A stretch of DNA of 64,000 bases from Escherichia coli (GTDB lineage Bacteria; Pseudomonadota; Gammaproteobacteria; Enterobacterales; Enterobacteriaceae). Every line of letters starts with the position of its first letter. Position 1 is the stretch's first letter. The position numbers were made by a program, and so were the translations under genes. Positions 1 to 11,116 of this stretch are shown in pieces. The stretch is from NCBI RefSeq assembly GCF_048403405.1, contig NZ_CP183129.1; one strand, given 5' to 3'. A model generated the notes under the pieces. The model worked only from the letters and a program-made list of their open reading frames with translations, did no database searches and was not told where the DNA came from.

Positions 1-223
1 TGTTGCCATCGGCGGCGGTAAAGAAGGTCTGGTACACATCTCTCAGATCGCTGACAAACGCGTTGAGAAAGTGACCGATTACCTGCAGATGGGTCAGGAA
101 GTACCGGTGAAAGTTCTGGAAGTTGATCGCCAGGGCCGTATCCGTCTGAGCATTAAAGAAGCGACTGAGCAGTCTCAACCTGCTGCAGCACCGGAAGCTC
201 CGGCTGCTGAACAGGGCGAGTAA
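1..223 (+). CDS. pnp: polynucleotide phosphorylase, 3' end only (partial)
   Basis: Frame ending at TAA 221-223 translates to ...[51 protein letters not shown]..., recognised as the PNPase C-terminal S1 region; nlpI follows as in E. coli. Confidence 0.85.
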
Positions 224-331
224 GGTTGCCATTTGCCCTCCGCTGCGGCGGGGGGCTTTTAACCGGGCAGGACGCCTTGTTAGCAACCGGGAACAGGACG
301 TTCATTCAACCGTGGTCTTCGGGAGTGGGAA

Positions 332-1216
332 ATGAAGCCTTTTTTGCGCTGGTGTTTCGTTGCGACAGCACTTACGCTTGCAGGATGCAGTAATACTTCC
401 TGGCGTAAAAGTGAAGTCCTCGCGGTACCATTGCAACCGACTTTACAGCAGGAAGTGATTCTGGCACGTATGGAACAAATCCTTGCCAGTCGGGCTTTAA
501 CCGATGACGAACGCGCACAGCTTTTATATGAGCGCGGAGTGTTGTATGATAGTCTCGGTCTGAGGGCATTAGCGCGTAACGATTTTTCGCAAGCGCTGGC
601 AATCCGACCGGATATGCCTGAAGTATTCAATTACTTAGGCATATATTTAACGCAGGCAGGCAATTTTGATGCTGCCTATGAAGCGTTTGATTCTGTACTT
701 GAGCTTGATCCAACTTACAACTACGCGCACTTGAATCGCGGGATCGCATTATATTACGGCGGTCGTGACAAGTTAGCGCAAGATGATCTGCTGGCGTTTT
801 ATCAAGACGATCCCAATGATCCTTTCCGTAGTCTGTGGCTTTATCTCGCCGAGCAGAAGCTCGATGAGAAGCAGGCTAAAGAAGTGTTGAAACAGCACTT
901 CGAAAAATCGGATAAGGAACAGTGGGGATGGAACATTGTCGAGTTCTACCTGGGCAACATTAGCGAACAAACGTTAATGGAAAGGCTCAAGGCGGACGCA
1001 ACGGATAACACCTCGCTCGCTGAGCATCTCAGTGAAACCAACTTCTATTTAGGTAAGTACTACCTAAGTCTGGGGGATTTGGACAGCGCCACGGCACTGT
1101 TCAAACTGGCGGTTGCCAACAACGTTCATAACTTTGTTGAGCACCGATACGCATTGTTGGAATTATCGCTCCTGGGCCAGGACCAAGATGACCTGGCAGA
1201 ATCGGACCAGCAATAG
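332..1216 (+). CDS. nlpI: TPR-repeat outer-membrane lipoprotein NlpI
   Basis: ORF track 294 aa; lipobox LTLAGC near N-terminus; sequence recognised as NlpI; synteny pnp-nlpI-deaD. Confidence 0.95.
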
Positions 1217-1322
1217 CTGACGTACACATCAGCCCGTAATCTTTTTTGATTGCCATCACCTTAACGGGTGAGGGCGTTGTTGTTCGTTAATACACCTACT
1301 TTGAGCCGGTTCACACTTTTCA

Positions 1323-1403
1323 ATGAAAATTGCTGATCAATTTCATGATGAGTTATGTAGACTGGCCGCCATTAATTTTGAGGCACACGTACTACATGGC
1401 TGA
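1323..1403 (+). CDS. yrbN: small protein YrbN (26 aa), overlapping the deaD start
   Basis: Hand translation ATG..TGA gives [26 protein letters not shown]; matches my recollection of the K-12 small protein yrbN upstream of deaD; below the ORF-track size cutoff. Confidence 0.5.
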
Positions 1404-3285
1404 ATTCGAAACCACTTTTGCAGATCTGGGCCTGAAGGCTCCTATCCTTGAAGCCCTTAACGATCTGGGTTACGAAAAACCATCTCCAATTCAGGCAGAG
1501 TGTATTCCACATCTGCTGAATGGCCGCGACGTCCTGGGTATGGCCCAGACGGGGAGCGGAAAAACTGCAGCATTCTCTTTACCTCTGCTGCAGAATCTTG
1601 ATCCTGAGCTGAAAGCACCACAGATTCTGGTGCTGGCACCGACCCGCGAACTGGCGGTACAGGTTGCTGAAGCAATGACGGATTTCTCTAAACACATGCG
1701 CGGCGTAAACGTGGTTGCCCTGTACGGCGGCCAACGTTATGACGTGCAATTACGCGCCCTGCGTCAGGGGCCGCAGATCGTTGTCGGTACTCCGGGCCGT
1801 CTGCTGGACCACCTGAAACGTGGCACTCTGGACCTCTCTAAACTGAGCGGTCTGGTTCTGGATGAAGCTGACGAAATGCTGCGCATGGGCTTCATCGAAG
1901 ACGTTGAAACTATTATGGCGCAGATCCCGGAAGGTCATCAGACCGCTCTGTTCTCTGCAACCATGCCGGAAGCGATTCGTCGCATTACCCGCCGCTTTAT
2001 GAAAGAGCCGCAGGAAGTGCGCATTCAGTCCAGCGTGACTACCCGTCCTGACATCAGCCAGAGCTACTGGACTGTCTGGGGTATGCGTAAAAACGAAGCA
2101 CTGGTACGTTTCCTGGAAGCGGAAGATTTTGATGCGGCGATTATCTTCGTTCGTACCAAAAACGCGACTCTGGAAGTGGCAGAAGCCCTTGAGCGTAACG
2201 GCTACAACAGTGCCGCGCTGAACGGTGACATGAACCAGGCGCTGCGTGAGCAGACACTGGAACGACTGAAAGATGGTCGTCTGGACATCCTGATTGCGAC
2301 CGACGTTGCGGCCCGTGGCCTGGACGTTGAGCGTATCAGCCTGGTAGTTAACTACGATATCCCGATGGATTCTGAGTCTTACGTTCACCGTATCGGTCGT
2401 ACTGGTCGTGCGGGCCGTGCTGGCCGTGCGCTGCTGTTCGTTGAGAACCGTGAGCGTCGTCTGCTGCGTAACATTGAACGCACCATGAAGCTGACCATTC
2501 CGGAAGTTGAACTGCCGAACGCAGAACTGCTGGGCAAACGTCGTCTGGAAAAATTCGCCGCTAAAGTACAGCAGCAGCTGGAAAGCAGCGATCTGGATCA
2601 ATACCGTGCACTGCTGAGCAAAATTCAGCCGACTGCAGAAGGTGAAGAGCTGGATCTCGAAACTCTGGCCGCCGCACTGCTGAAAATGGCACAGGGTGAA
2701 CGTACTCTGATTGTTCCGCCAGATGCGCCGATGCGTCCGAAACGTGAATTCCGTGACCGTGATGACCGTGGTCCGCGCGATCGTAACGACCGTGGCCCGC
2801 GTGGTTACCGTGAAGATCGTCCGCGTCGTGAACGTCGTGATGTTGGCGATATGCAGCTGTACCGCATTGAAGTGGGCCGCGATGATGGTGTTGAAGTTCG
2901 TCATATCGTTGGCGCGATTGCTAACGAAGGTGACATCAGCAGCCGTTACATTGGTAACATCAAGCTGTTTGCTTCTCACTCCACCATCGAACTGCCGAAA
3001 GGTATGCCGGGTGAAGTGCTGCAACACTTTACGCGTACTCGCATTCTCAACAAGCCGATGAACATGCAGTTACTGGGCGATGCACAGCCGCATACTGGCG
3101 GTGAGCGTCGTGGCGGTGGTCGTGGTTTCGGTGGCGAACGTCGTGAAGGCGGTCGTAACTTCAGCGGTGAACGCCGTGAAGGTGGTCGTGGTGATGGTCG
3201 TCGTTTTAGCGGCGAACGTCGTGAAGGCCGCGCACCGCGTCGTGATGACTCTACCGGTCGTCGTCGTTTCGGTGGTGATGCGTAA
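1396..3285 (+). CDS. deaD: cold-shock DEAD-box ATP-dependent RNA helicase DeaD/CsdA
   Basis: ORF track 1330..3285; start moved to ATG 1396 ([13 protein letters not shown]...) for a 629-aa product; DEAD-box motifs ([22 protein letters not shown]); RG/RD-rich C-terminal tail. Confidence 0.95.
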
Positions 3286-3310
3286 TCATCGCTAAACAGC
3301 GAACACAATC

Positions 3311-3390
3311 TGTAAAATAATATATACAGCCCCGATTTTTACCATCGGGGCTTTTTTTCTGTCTTTTGTACTCGTGTACTGGTACAGTGC
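3311..3390 (+). promoter_or_regulatory. mtr control region: TyrR-box-like TGTAAA-N6-TATACA (about 3311-3328) and TrpR-operator-like GTACTCGTGTACTGGTACAG (about 3368-3390)
   Basis: Motifs read directly from the sequence; mtr is known to be controlled by TyrR and TrpR; the assignment of these exact sites is inference. Confidence 0.4.
3329..3358 (+). terminator. rho-independent terminator downstream of deaD
   Basis: GC-rich hairpin CCCCGAT...ATCGGGG followed by a T-run. Confidence 0.6.
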
Positions 3391-3438
3391 AATACATAAC
3401 AACGCAGTCGCACTATTTTTCACTGGAGAGAAGCCCTC

Positions 3439-4683
3439 ATGGCAACACTAACCACCACCCAAACGTCACCGTCGCTGCTTGGCGGCGTGGTGATTATCGG
3501 CGGCACCATTATTGGCGCAGGGATGTTTTCTCTGCCTGTGGTCATGTCCGGGGCGTGGTTCTTCTGGTCAATGGCGGCGCTGATCTTTACCTGGTTCTGT
3601 ATGCTGCATTCCGGCTTGATGATTCTGGAAGCTAACCTGAATTACCGAATCGGTTCTAGCTTTGACACCATCACCAAAGATTTGCTGGGCAAAGGCTGGA
3701 ATGTAGTCAATGGCATTTCCATTGCCTTTGTGCTCTATATCCTGACTTACGCCTATATTTCTGCCAGCGGTTCGATTCTGCATCACACCTTCGCGGAGAT
3801 GTCGCTGAACGTCCCTGCACGGGCAGCGGGTTTTGGTTTTGCACTACTGGTGGCGTTTGTGGTGTGGTTGAGCACCAAAGCGGTCAGCCGGATGACGGCG
3901 ATTGTGCTGGGGGCGAAAGTTATTACCTTCTTCCTCACTTTCGGTAGCCTGCTGGGACATGTGCAGCCTGCGACATTGTTCAACGTCGCCGAAAGCAATG
4001 CGTCTTATGCACCGTATCTGTTGATGACCCTGCCGTTCTGTCTGGCGTCGTTTGGTTATCACGGTAACGTGCCAAGCCTGATGAAGTATTACGGCAAAGA
4101 TCCGAAAACCATCGTGAAATGCCTGGTGTACGGTACGCTGATGGCACTGGCGCTGTATACCATCTGGTTGCTGGCGACGATGGGCAACATCCCTCGTCCT
4201 GAGTTTATTGGCATTGCCGAGAAGGGTGGTAACATTGATGTGCTGGTACAGGCATTAAGCGGCGTGCTGAACAGCCGTAGCCTGGATCTTCTGCTGGTCG
4301 TGTTCTCAAACTTTGCGGTAGCGAGTTCGTTCCTTGGCGTAACGCTGGGTTTGTTTGACTATCTGGCAGATCTGTTTGGTTTCGACGACTCGGCTATGGG
4401 CCGTTTGAAAACAGCGTTGCTGACCTTTGCCCCGCCTGTTGTGGGTGGCCTGCTGTTTCCTAACGGATTCCTGTACGCCATTGGTTATGCTGGCTTAGCG
4501 GCTACCATCTGGACGGCAATTGTTCCGGCGCTGTTGGCCCGCGCATCGCGTAAACGCTTTGGTAGCCCGAAATTCCGCGTCTGGGGCGGCAAGCCGATGA
4601 TTGCGCTGATTCTGGTGTTTGGCGTTGGCAACGCACTGGTGCATATTTTATCGAGCTTTAATTTGCTGCCGGTGTATCAGTAA
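3439..4683 (+). CDS. mtr: tryptophan-specific permease Mtr
   Basis: ORF track 414 aa; polytopic membrane protein recognised as Mtr; synteny after deaD. Confidence 0.93.
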   Translation: MATLTTTQTSPSLLGGVVIIGGTIIGAGMFSLPVVMSGAWFFWSMAALIFTWFCMLHSGLMILEANLNYRIGSSFDTITKDLLGKGWNVVNGISIAFVLYILTYAYISASGSILHHTFAEMSLNVPARAAGFGFALLVAFVVWLSTKAVSRMTAIVLGAKVITFFLTFGSLLGHVQPATLFNVAESNASYAPYLLMTLPFCLASFGYHGNVPSLMKYYGKDPKTIVKCLVYGTLMALALYTIWLLATMGNIPRPEFIGIAEKGGNIDVLVQALSGVLNSRSLDLLLVVFSNFAVASSFLGVTLGLFDYLADLFGFDDSAMGRLKTALLTFAPPVVGGLLFPNGFLYAIGYAGLAATIWTAIVPALLARASRKRFGSPKFRVWGGKPMIALILVFGVGNALVHILSSFNLLPVYQ

Positions 4684-4723
4684 TCAGCGGTGCCTTATCC
4701 GCCATTTCTGCTGCCTACACAAT

Positions 4724-4752
4724 GCCTGATGCGCTTCGCTTATCAGGCCTAT
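4724..4752. repeat. REP (repetitive extragenic palindromic) element
   Basis: GCCTGATGCG...CTTATCAGGCCTA matches the REP consensus pattern. Confidence 0.5.
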
Positions 4753-4799
4753 ATAGGACAGCGTTGCCAGCCCGATAAGGCTTCCCGCGTTAAGACACA

Positions 4800-5807
4800 C
4801 TATCCCAACAACTCTTCCTTAACATCCATCGCCAGTTCAAACGAATGCAGGCGCGCCTGGTGATCGAAAATCTGCCCGTTAACCATAATCTCATCGGCGT
4901 CGGTTTCGCGCAGGATCGACTGCAAGCCGTGACGCACTTTCGCTTTATCACCCACCAGCGACATACTCAGCGCCTGCTGCACGCCATACTGCTCGGACGG
5001 TGACCAGAACTGATCCATATTTTGAATCGGCGGCGGCAGTTGCCCGGTTTCGCCACGGCGCAGCTTCACAAAGGCTTGCTGCATTGAGGTAAACAGAAAT
5101 TCAGCGTCGCGGTTGCTGTCGGCGGCGATAATATTGATGCACACCATCGCATACGGTTTTTCCAGCCGTGCCGACGGTTTGAAGTTGCTGCGATAAAGAT
5201 GCAGCGCCTGGAACAACATATCCGGCGCGAAGTGTGAGGCAAACGCAAACGGCAGACCAAGCTGCGCCGCCAATTGCGCGCTGTAAAGGCTGGAGCCTAA
5301 CAACCACACGGGGATTTTCTCGCCATAGCCTGGTACCGGGCGCACATGCGGATTGGGATCGCGGGCGTCAAACCAGTCCACCAGCTCCGCGACATCGCGG
5401 GGAAAATTATCAATATCGCCGCTCATATGACGACGTAGAGCCATCATGGTTCGCTGGTCACTACCCGGAGCACGACCCAGCCCCAAATCGATTCGCCCCG
5501 GATAGAGCGTATTAAGCGTGCCGAACTGTTCGGCGATCACCAATGGTGAGTGATTAGGCAACATCACGCCGCCAGACCCCAGATGCAGCGTAGTGGTATT
5601 CGCCGCCAGATAGCCAATCAAAACTGATGTTGCAGCACTGGCAATGCCGGTCATATTGTGGTGTTCCGCCAGCCAGTAGCGATGATAGCCGCGCTTTTCA
5701 GCCAGACGGGCGAGGTCGAGAGAGTGGGAGAACGCTTCTCGCGCTGAAGAACCTTCGGGAATGGGGGCCAGATCGAGTAGCGAAAACGCAATGGTTTTAT
5801 CAGTCAT
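4800..5807 (-). CDS. yhbW: luciferase-like monooxygenase family protein YhbW
   Basis: ORF track 335 aa; recognised as YhbW; conserved position. Confidence 0.9.
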   Translation of the reverse strand: MTDKTIAFSLLDLAPIPEGSSAREAFSHSLDLARLAEKRGYHRYWLAEHHNMTGIASAATSVLIGYLAANTTTLHLGSGGVMLPNHSPLVIAEQFGTLNTLYPGRIDLGLGRAPGSDQRTMMALRRHMSGDIDNFPRDVAELVDWFDARDPNPHVRPVPGYGEKIPVWLLGSSLYSAQLAAQLGLPFAFASHFAPDMLFQALHLYRSNFKPSARLEKPYAMVCINIIAADSNRDAEFLFTSMQQAFVKLRRGETGQLPPPIQNMDQFWSPSEQYGVQQALSMSLVGDKAKVRHGLQSILRETDADEIMVNGQIFDHQARLHSFELAMDVKEELLG

Positions 5808-5887
5808 AACAGCTCACTTTGTTACCGATTAATCTTTAATACTGCATTAAAGAGTAGTTAAAGTTGTTAACAAAGTGAGCTATTTAC

Positions 5888-6766
5888 TTACGCTTGCAGC
5901 TCCAGCCCGGCCAGCCGACGCCAGTAGCCGTTACAATCGCTGTTTGCCGTCAACGGCAGTGGCGCAGCGCCATTTTCATTGGCGCGGAAGGCGTCGAGTA
6001 TCGCGAAAGTGTCAGTACCCTGCGGTGACAGGCGGACCACATCAACCAGCCCCTGCATGGATGCCAGCTCGTTACCGAGGTTGTAAACGTAGCCGCTCAT
6101 GGTCTGAATGCCGTTGAGTACAAACACTTGTTGGTTTTCCTGCGACAGCACGTTGCGCCCGTTCGGATACTTAATGCAGCAGGTTTCGCACTCATCTTTC
6201 GGGCGGTCTTCCGAACGCGCGGTAAAGCAGCGGGCGGAGTAGGCCAGCGGCAGATGACCGTAGCTCAGGACTTCCACTTCAAACTGGTTGCGAATGCCCA
6301 GCTCATCGCACTGATTAAGCAGATTCACCAGCCAGTCGCGGGAAAGCTCCACCGGCATACACCAGCGCATCATGCCCTGTTTGAGCAATATTTTCAGTGT
6401 CACCGCGTTGTAGCAGTTCAGCGCGTGCCCGGCGACGAACGGCAGTTTGCGTTCAGCGCACATATTCACCACGCCGAGATCGCTGGCTTCAATCAGAAAC
6501 TCACCGTTCTCAACATAGCGTTTCAGTTCGCCCAGTTCAGAGGATGCCTGCACCAGCGCCAGCGTGGAGAGCACAATCTGCTTACCACTTCCGGCGAGTG
6601 ATTTTGCCATCTCCAGCCAGTCGCCAACTTTGGTTGCCCGGCGCTTGCTGCATACCGCTTCACCAAGATAAATCACGTCGGCGCTGCTGGCGGCGGCCTG
6701 CTGATAAAATTCTTCCAGCGTCTCTTTTGGCCAGTACCACAGCACTGGCCCTAAGGAATATTTCAT
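5888..6766 (-). CDS. ubiV: peptidase U32-family protein UbiV (YhbV), O2-independent ubiquinone biosynthesis
   Basis: ORF track 5888..6784; start moved to the ATG giving MKYSLGPVLWYW... (292 aa); Cys cluster for Fe-S binding; adjacent to ubiU. Confidence 0.88.
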   Translation of the reverse strand: MKYSLGPVLWYWPKETLEEFYQQAAASSADVIYLGEAVCSKRRATKVGDWLEMAKSLAGSGKQIVLSTLALVQASSELGELKRYVENGEFLIEASDLGVVNMCAERKLPFVAGHALNCYNAVTLKILLKQGMMRWCMPVELSRDWLVNLLNQCDELGIRNQFEVEVLSYGHLPLAYSARCFTARSEDRPKDECETCCIKYPNGRNVLSQENQQVFVLNGIQTMSGYVYNLGNELASMQGLVDVVRLSPQGTDTFAILDAFRANENGAAPLPLTANSDCNGYWRRLAGLELQA

Positions 6767-6774
6767 TGCTTTTC

Positions 6775-7770
6775 TCACTGCCATTTACGGTGATACGCGC
6801 CAAGGGTGGTCTGCGTGCCTTCGGACATCGACCCGAGCGTCTCCATCCACGCGCTTTGCGGTACGAAGTTTTGCGGATCGGCCTTACAACGGTCGATAGC
6901 CTGACGCCAGACTTTCGCCACCTGGCTGACATACGCCGGGCTACGCTGGCGGCCTTCAATTTTCACCGAAGCAATATTCGCCGCCATTAACTCCGGCAGC
7001 AGTTCCAGGGTATTGAGACTGGTGGGTTCTTCCAGCGCGTGATAGCGCTCGCCGTCCACCAGATAACGCCCTTTACACAGCGTCGGATAACCTGCGTTTT
7101 CGCCATCCTGATAACGGTCGATCAGCACTTCGTTCAGGCGGGATTCCAGCCCCTGCGGCGTTTGTTGCCAGCGCACGAAACGGGCCGGAGAACACGCACC
7201 CACAGTGTTGGGCGACTCACCCGTCAGATACGACGACAGATAGCAACGCCCTTCCGACATAATGCACAGGCTGCCGAAAGCAAACACTTCCAGCGGGACA
7301 GGTGTGACCCGAGCCAGTTGTTTCACCTGATGAATCGACAACACGCGCGGCAGCACCACGCGTGCAACGTCAAAATGGCGATGATAAAAGTTAATCGCCT
7401 CTTCATTGGTCGCCGAAGCCTGCACCGATACGTGACGTTCAATATGCGGGTAACGCTCGGCGGCGTACTCCAGCATGGCGAGGTCGGCGAGGATCAGCGC
7501 GTCGGCACCCAGCTGCGCCGCCATATCCACGGCGCGCTGCCAGCGGGCGTAACCGTCCGGATGCGCAAAAGTGTTAATCGCGATGTGAAGTTTGCGGCGA
7601 TGTTGATGGACAAAACTCACCGCTTCCTGCAATTTTTTCTCGGTAAAGTTAAGGCCGGCGAAGTGACGGGCATTGGTATCATCTTTTAGCCCGATATAAA
7701 CAGCATCTGCGCCGTTTTCGATGGCCGCCTTAAGCGCCGGGAGATTTCCGGCAGGGCAGAGCAGCTCCAT
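6775..7770 (-). CDS. ubiU: peptidase U32-family protein UbiU (YhbU)
   Basis: ORF track 6775..7797 begins at a TTG; ATG giving MELLCPAGN... yields 331 aa; recognised as UbiU. Confidence 0.88.
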   Translation of the reverse strand: MELLCPAGNLPALKAAIENGADAVYIGLKDDTNARHFAGLNFTEKKLQEAVSFVHQHRRKLHIAINTFAHPDGYARWQRAVDMAAQLGADALILADLAMLEYAAERYPHIERHVSVQASATNEEAINFYHRHFDVARVVLPRVLSIHQVKQLARVTPVPLEVFAFGSLCIMSEGRCYLSSYLTGESPNTVGACSPARFVRWQQTPQGLESRLNEVLIDRYQDGENAGYPTLCKGRYLVDGERYHALEEPTSLNTLELLPELMAANIASVKIEGRQRSPAYVSQVAKVWRQAIDRCKADPQNFVPQSAWMETLGSMSEGTQTTLGAYHRKWQ

Positions 7771-7978
7771 AATTTTTCCTGAAGGTTGCGCTATCAAAGC
7801 GCAAAAATGTTAACGAACTGGGATTTTAGTTAACCTTGCTGCGACAATTTTTGATTTAAGGCAGTTAAAGTTGTATTGGTGGTAGCAGCAATTTCATATG
7901 GAATTGTTGATTTATACCGCTATGTTATTTTTCTGATATGGCAAAATAGGATGATTGTTGAAACAGGGAGTAAAACTC

Positions 7979-8503
7979 GTGTTGGATAAACTGCGTTCCC
8001 GTATTGTGCATTTGGGGCCATCTCTGTTGAGTGTACCGGTAAAACTGACGCCATTTGCGCTAAAACGCCAGGTTCTTGAGCAGGTCTTAAGCTGGCAATT
8101 CCGTCAGGCGCTGGATGATGGCGAGCTGGAGTTTCTTGAAGGCCGCTGGTTAAGTATTCATGTGCGTGATATTGACCTGCAATGGTTTACCTCGGTGGTG
8201 AATGGCAAACTGGTCGTTAGCCAGAACGCGCAAGCTGATGTGAGTTTTAGTGCCGACGCCAGCGATCTGCTGATGATTGCGGCGCGTAAACAAGATCCGG
8301 ATACGCTCTTCTTCCAGCGTCGGCTGGCGATTGAAGGCGATACGGAGCTGGGGCTGTATGTGAAAAACCTGATGGACGCCATTGAACTGGAGCAAATGCC
8401 GAAAGCCTTACGCATGATGCTGCTGCAACTGGCGGATTTTGTTGAGGCGGGTATGAAAACCGCGCCTGAAACCAAACAGACATCGGTAGGTGAACCATGC
8501 TAA
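7979..8503 (+). CDS. ubiT: SCP2-domain protein UbiT (YhbT)
   Basis: ORF track 7955..8503; GTG at 7979 preceded by GGAG gives a 174-aa product; divergent from ubiU. Confidence 0.85.
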   Translation: MLDKLRSRIVHLGPSLLSVPVKLTPFALKRQVLEQVLSWQFRQALDDGELEFLEGRWLSIHVRDIDLQWFTSVVNGKLVVSQNAQADVSFSADASDLLMIAARKQDPDTLFFQRRLAIEGDTELGLYVKNLMDAIELEQMPKALRMMLLQLADFVEAGMKTAPETKQTSVGEPC

Positions 8504-9000
8504 TTCGAGTAGAAATTCCCATTGATGCGCCGGGTATTGATGCCCTGCTGCGTCGTTCATTCGAAAGTGATGCGGAAGCGAAGCTGGTTCACGATCTGCG
8601 TGAAGATGGCTTTCTGACGTTGGGGCTGGTGGCGACAGATGACGAAGGTCAGGTCATTGGCTATGTGGCATTTAGTCCGGTTGATGTGCAGGGCGAAGAC
8701 CTGCAATGGGTCGGCATGGCACCGCTGGCGGTAGATGAAAAATACCGTGGACAGGGGCTGGCACGCCAACTGGTCTATGAAGGACTCGATTCGCTCAATG
8801 AGTTCGGCTATGCCGCAGTGGTGACGCTGGGCGATCCGGCGCTGTACAGTCGTTTCGGCTTTGAGCTGGCGGCGCATCACGATCTGCGTTGCCGCTGGCC
8901 GGGCACTGAAAGCGCCTTCCAGGTACATCGTTTAGCGGATGACGCGCTGAACGGCGTAACCGGTCTGGTTGAGTATCACGAGCACTTCAATCGCTTTTAA
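8497..9000 (+). CDS. yhbS: GNAT-family N-acetyltransferase YhbS
   Basis: ORF track 167 aa; start overlaps the ubiT stop by 7 nt; recognised as YhbS. Confidence 0.9.
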   Translation: MLIRVEIPIDAPGIDALLRRSFESDAEAKLVHDLREDGFLTLGLVATDDEGQVIGYVAFSPVDVQGEDLQWVGMAPLAVDEKYRGQGLARQLVYEGLDSLNEFGYAAVVTLGDPALYSRFGFELAAHHDLRCRWPGTESAFQVHRLADDALNGVTGLVEYHEHFNRF

Positions 9001-9289
9001 TCTTTGGGGTTTGCAGGCTGCTCAACAGTTCTGCAAACCCTGCACCTTCCGCTACCAGACGTTCTTTTTGCCGTTTGGTCAGTTGCTTAACGCGATATTC
9101 TGCCCGTAACGCCAGCGAACGATCGCCCACTGGCGCGGAAAACGCCAGCGTTAGTTCTCCTTTCCCGCGCAGTGCTTTCGCCCCTTTGCCGCTCTGGTGC
9201 TCCTTATAGCGGCGTTCGACATCCGTGGTGATCCCGGTATAAAGCTTATTATCGGCGGTACGGATCAAGTAAAGAAACCAGGGTGTCAT
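8987..9289 (-). CDS. yhbQ: GIY-YIG domain protein YhbQ (UPF0213)
   Basis: ORF track 100 aa; GIY-YIG signature [15 protein letters not shown]...; 3' end overlaps yhbS convergently. Confidence 0.9.
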   Translation of the reverse strand: MTPWFLYLIRTADNKLYTGITTDVERRYKEHQSGKGAKALRGKGELTLAFSAPVGDRSLALRAEYRVKQLTKRQKERLVAEGAGFAELLSSLQTPKIKSD

Positions 9290-9339
9290 CGTCTGCGTCG
9301 CATGTTAAGGTCAGGCCCACAGTATAAAAGAGAACAGCA

Positions 9340-9762
9340 ATGGAAACACTCACCGCCATCAGCCGTTGGCTGGCAAAACAACATGTTGTCACCTGGTGTG
9401 TGCAGCAGGAAGGGGAACTCTGGTGCGCTAATGCCTTTTATCTTTTTGATGCGCAGAAAGTCGCCTTCTACATTTTGACGGAAGAAAAAACGCGCCACGC
9501 GCAGATGAGTGGGCCGCAGGCGGCAGTTGCCGGAACTGTAAACGGTCAGCCGAAAACGGTAGCGTTAATTCGCGGCGTGCAATTTAAAGGCGAGATCCGC
9601 AGACTGGAAGGTGAGGAAAGCGACCTCGCACGCCAGGCGTACAATCGTCGCTTTCCGGTTGCCCGAATGCTGTCGGCCCCGGTGTGGGAAATCCGGCTCG
9701 ATGAAATCAAATTCACCGACAACACGCTGGGCTTTGGTAAAAAAATGATCTGGCTACGTAAC

Positions 9763-9783
<21 letters not shown>
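9340..9783 (+). CDS. yhbP: UPF0306 protein YhbP
   Basis: ORF track 147 aa; recognised as YhbP. Confidence 0.88.
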
Positions 9784-10319
<536 letters not shown>

Positions 10320-10398
10320 TCACGATCGGGGATAATTACCTCGTAGACTATTAAGCCTGGTGCATGAGCCGGGGAGCGCAAGGCAGACAATTCTGTAA

Positions 10399-11044
<646 letters not shown>

Positions 11045-11116
11045 TTATTCCCAAGAAATGATAGTGAGCGTAATATTCACGCGCTCAATTATCATAACTT
11101 ATTCCTGGGGAATGCT

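Noticed and set aside
1750-3027. 425-aa ORF antisense to deaD
   Set aside because: It lies entirely within deaD on the opposite strand, has low-complexity T/V/N/F-rich composition and is a by-product of the repetitive, codon-biased deaD sequence; deaD accounts fully for the region
7771-7978. Possible FNR site in the ubiU/ubiT divergent region
   Set aside because: Only partial matches to TTGAT-N4-ATCAA (for example TTGCG-CTAT-CAAAG); not strong enough to call without a weight-matrix scan
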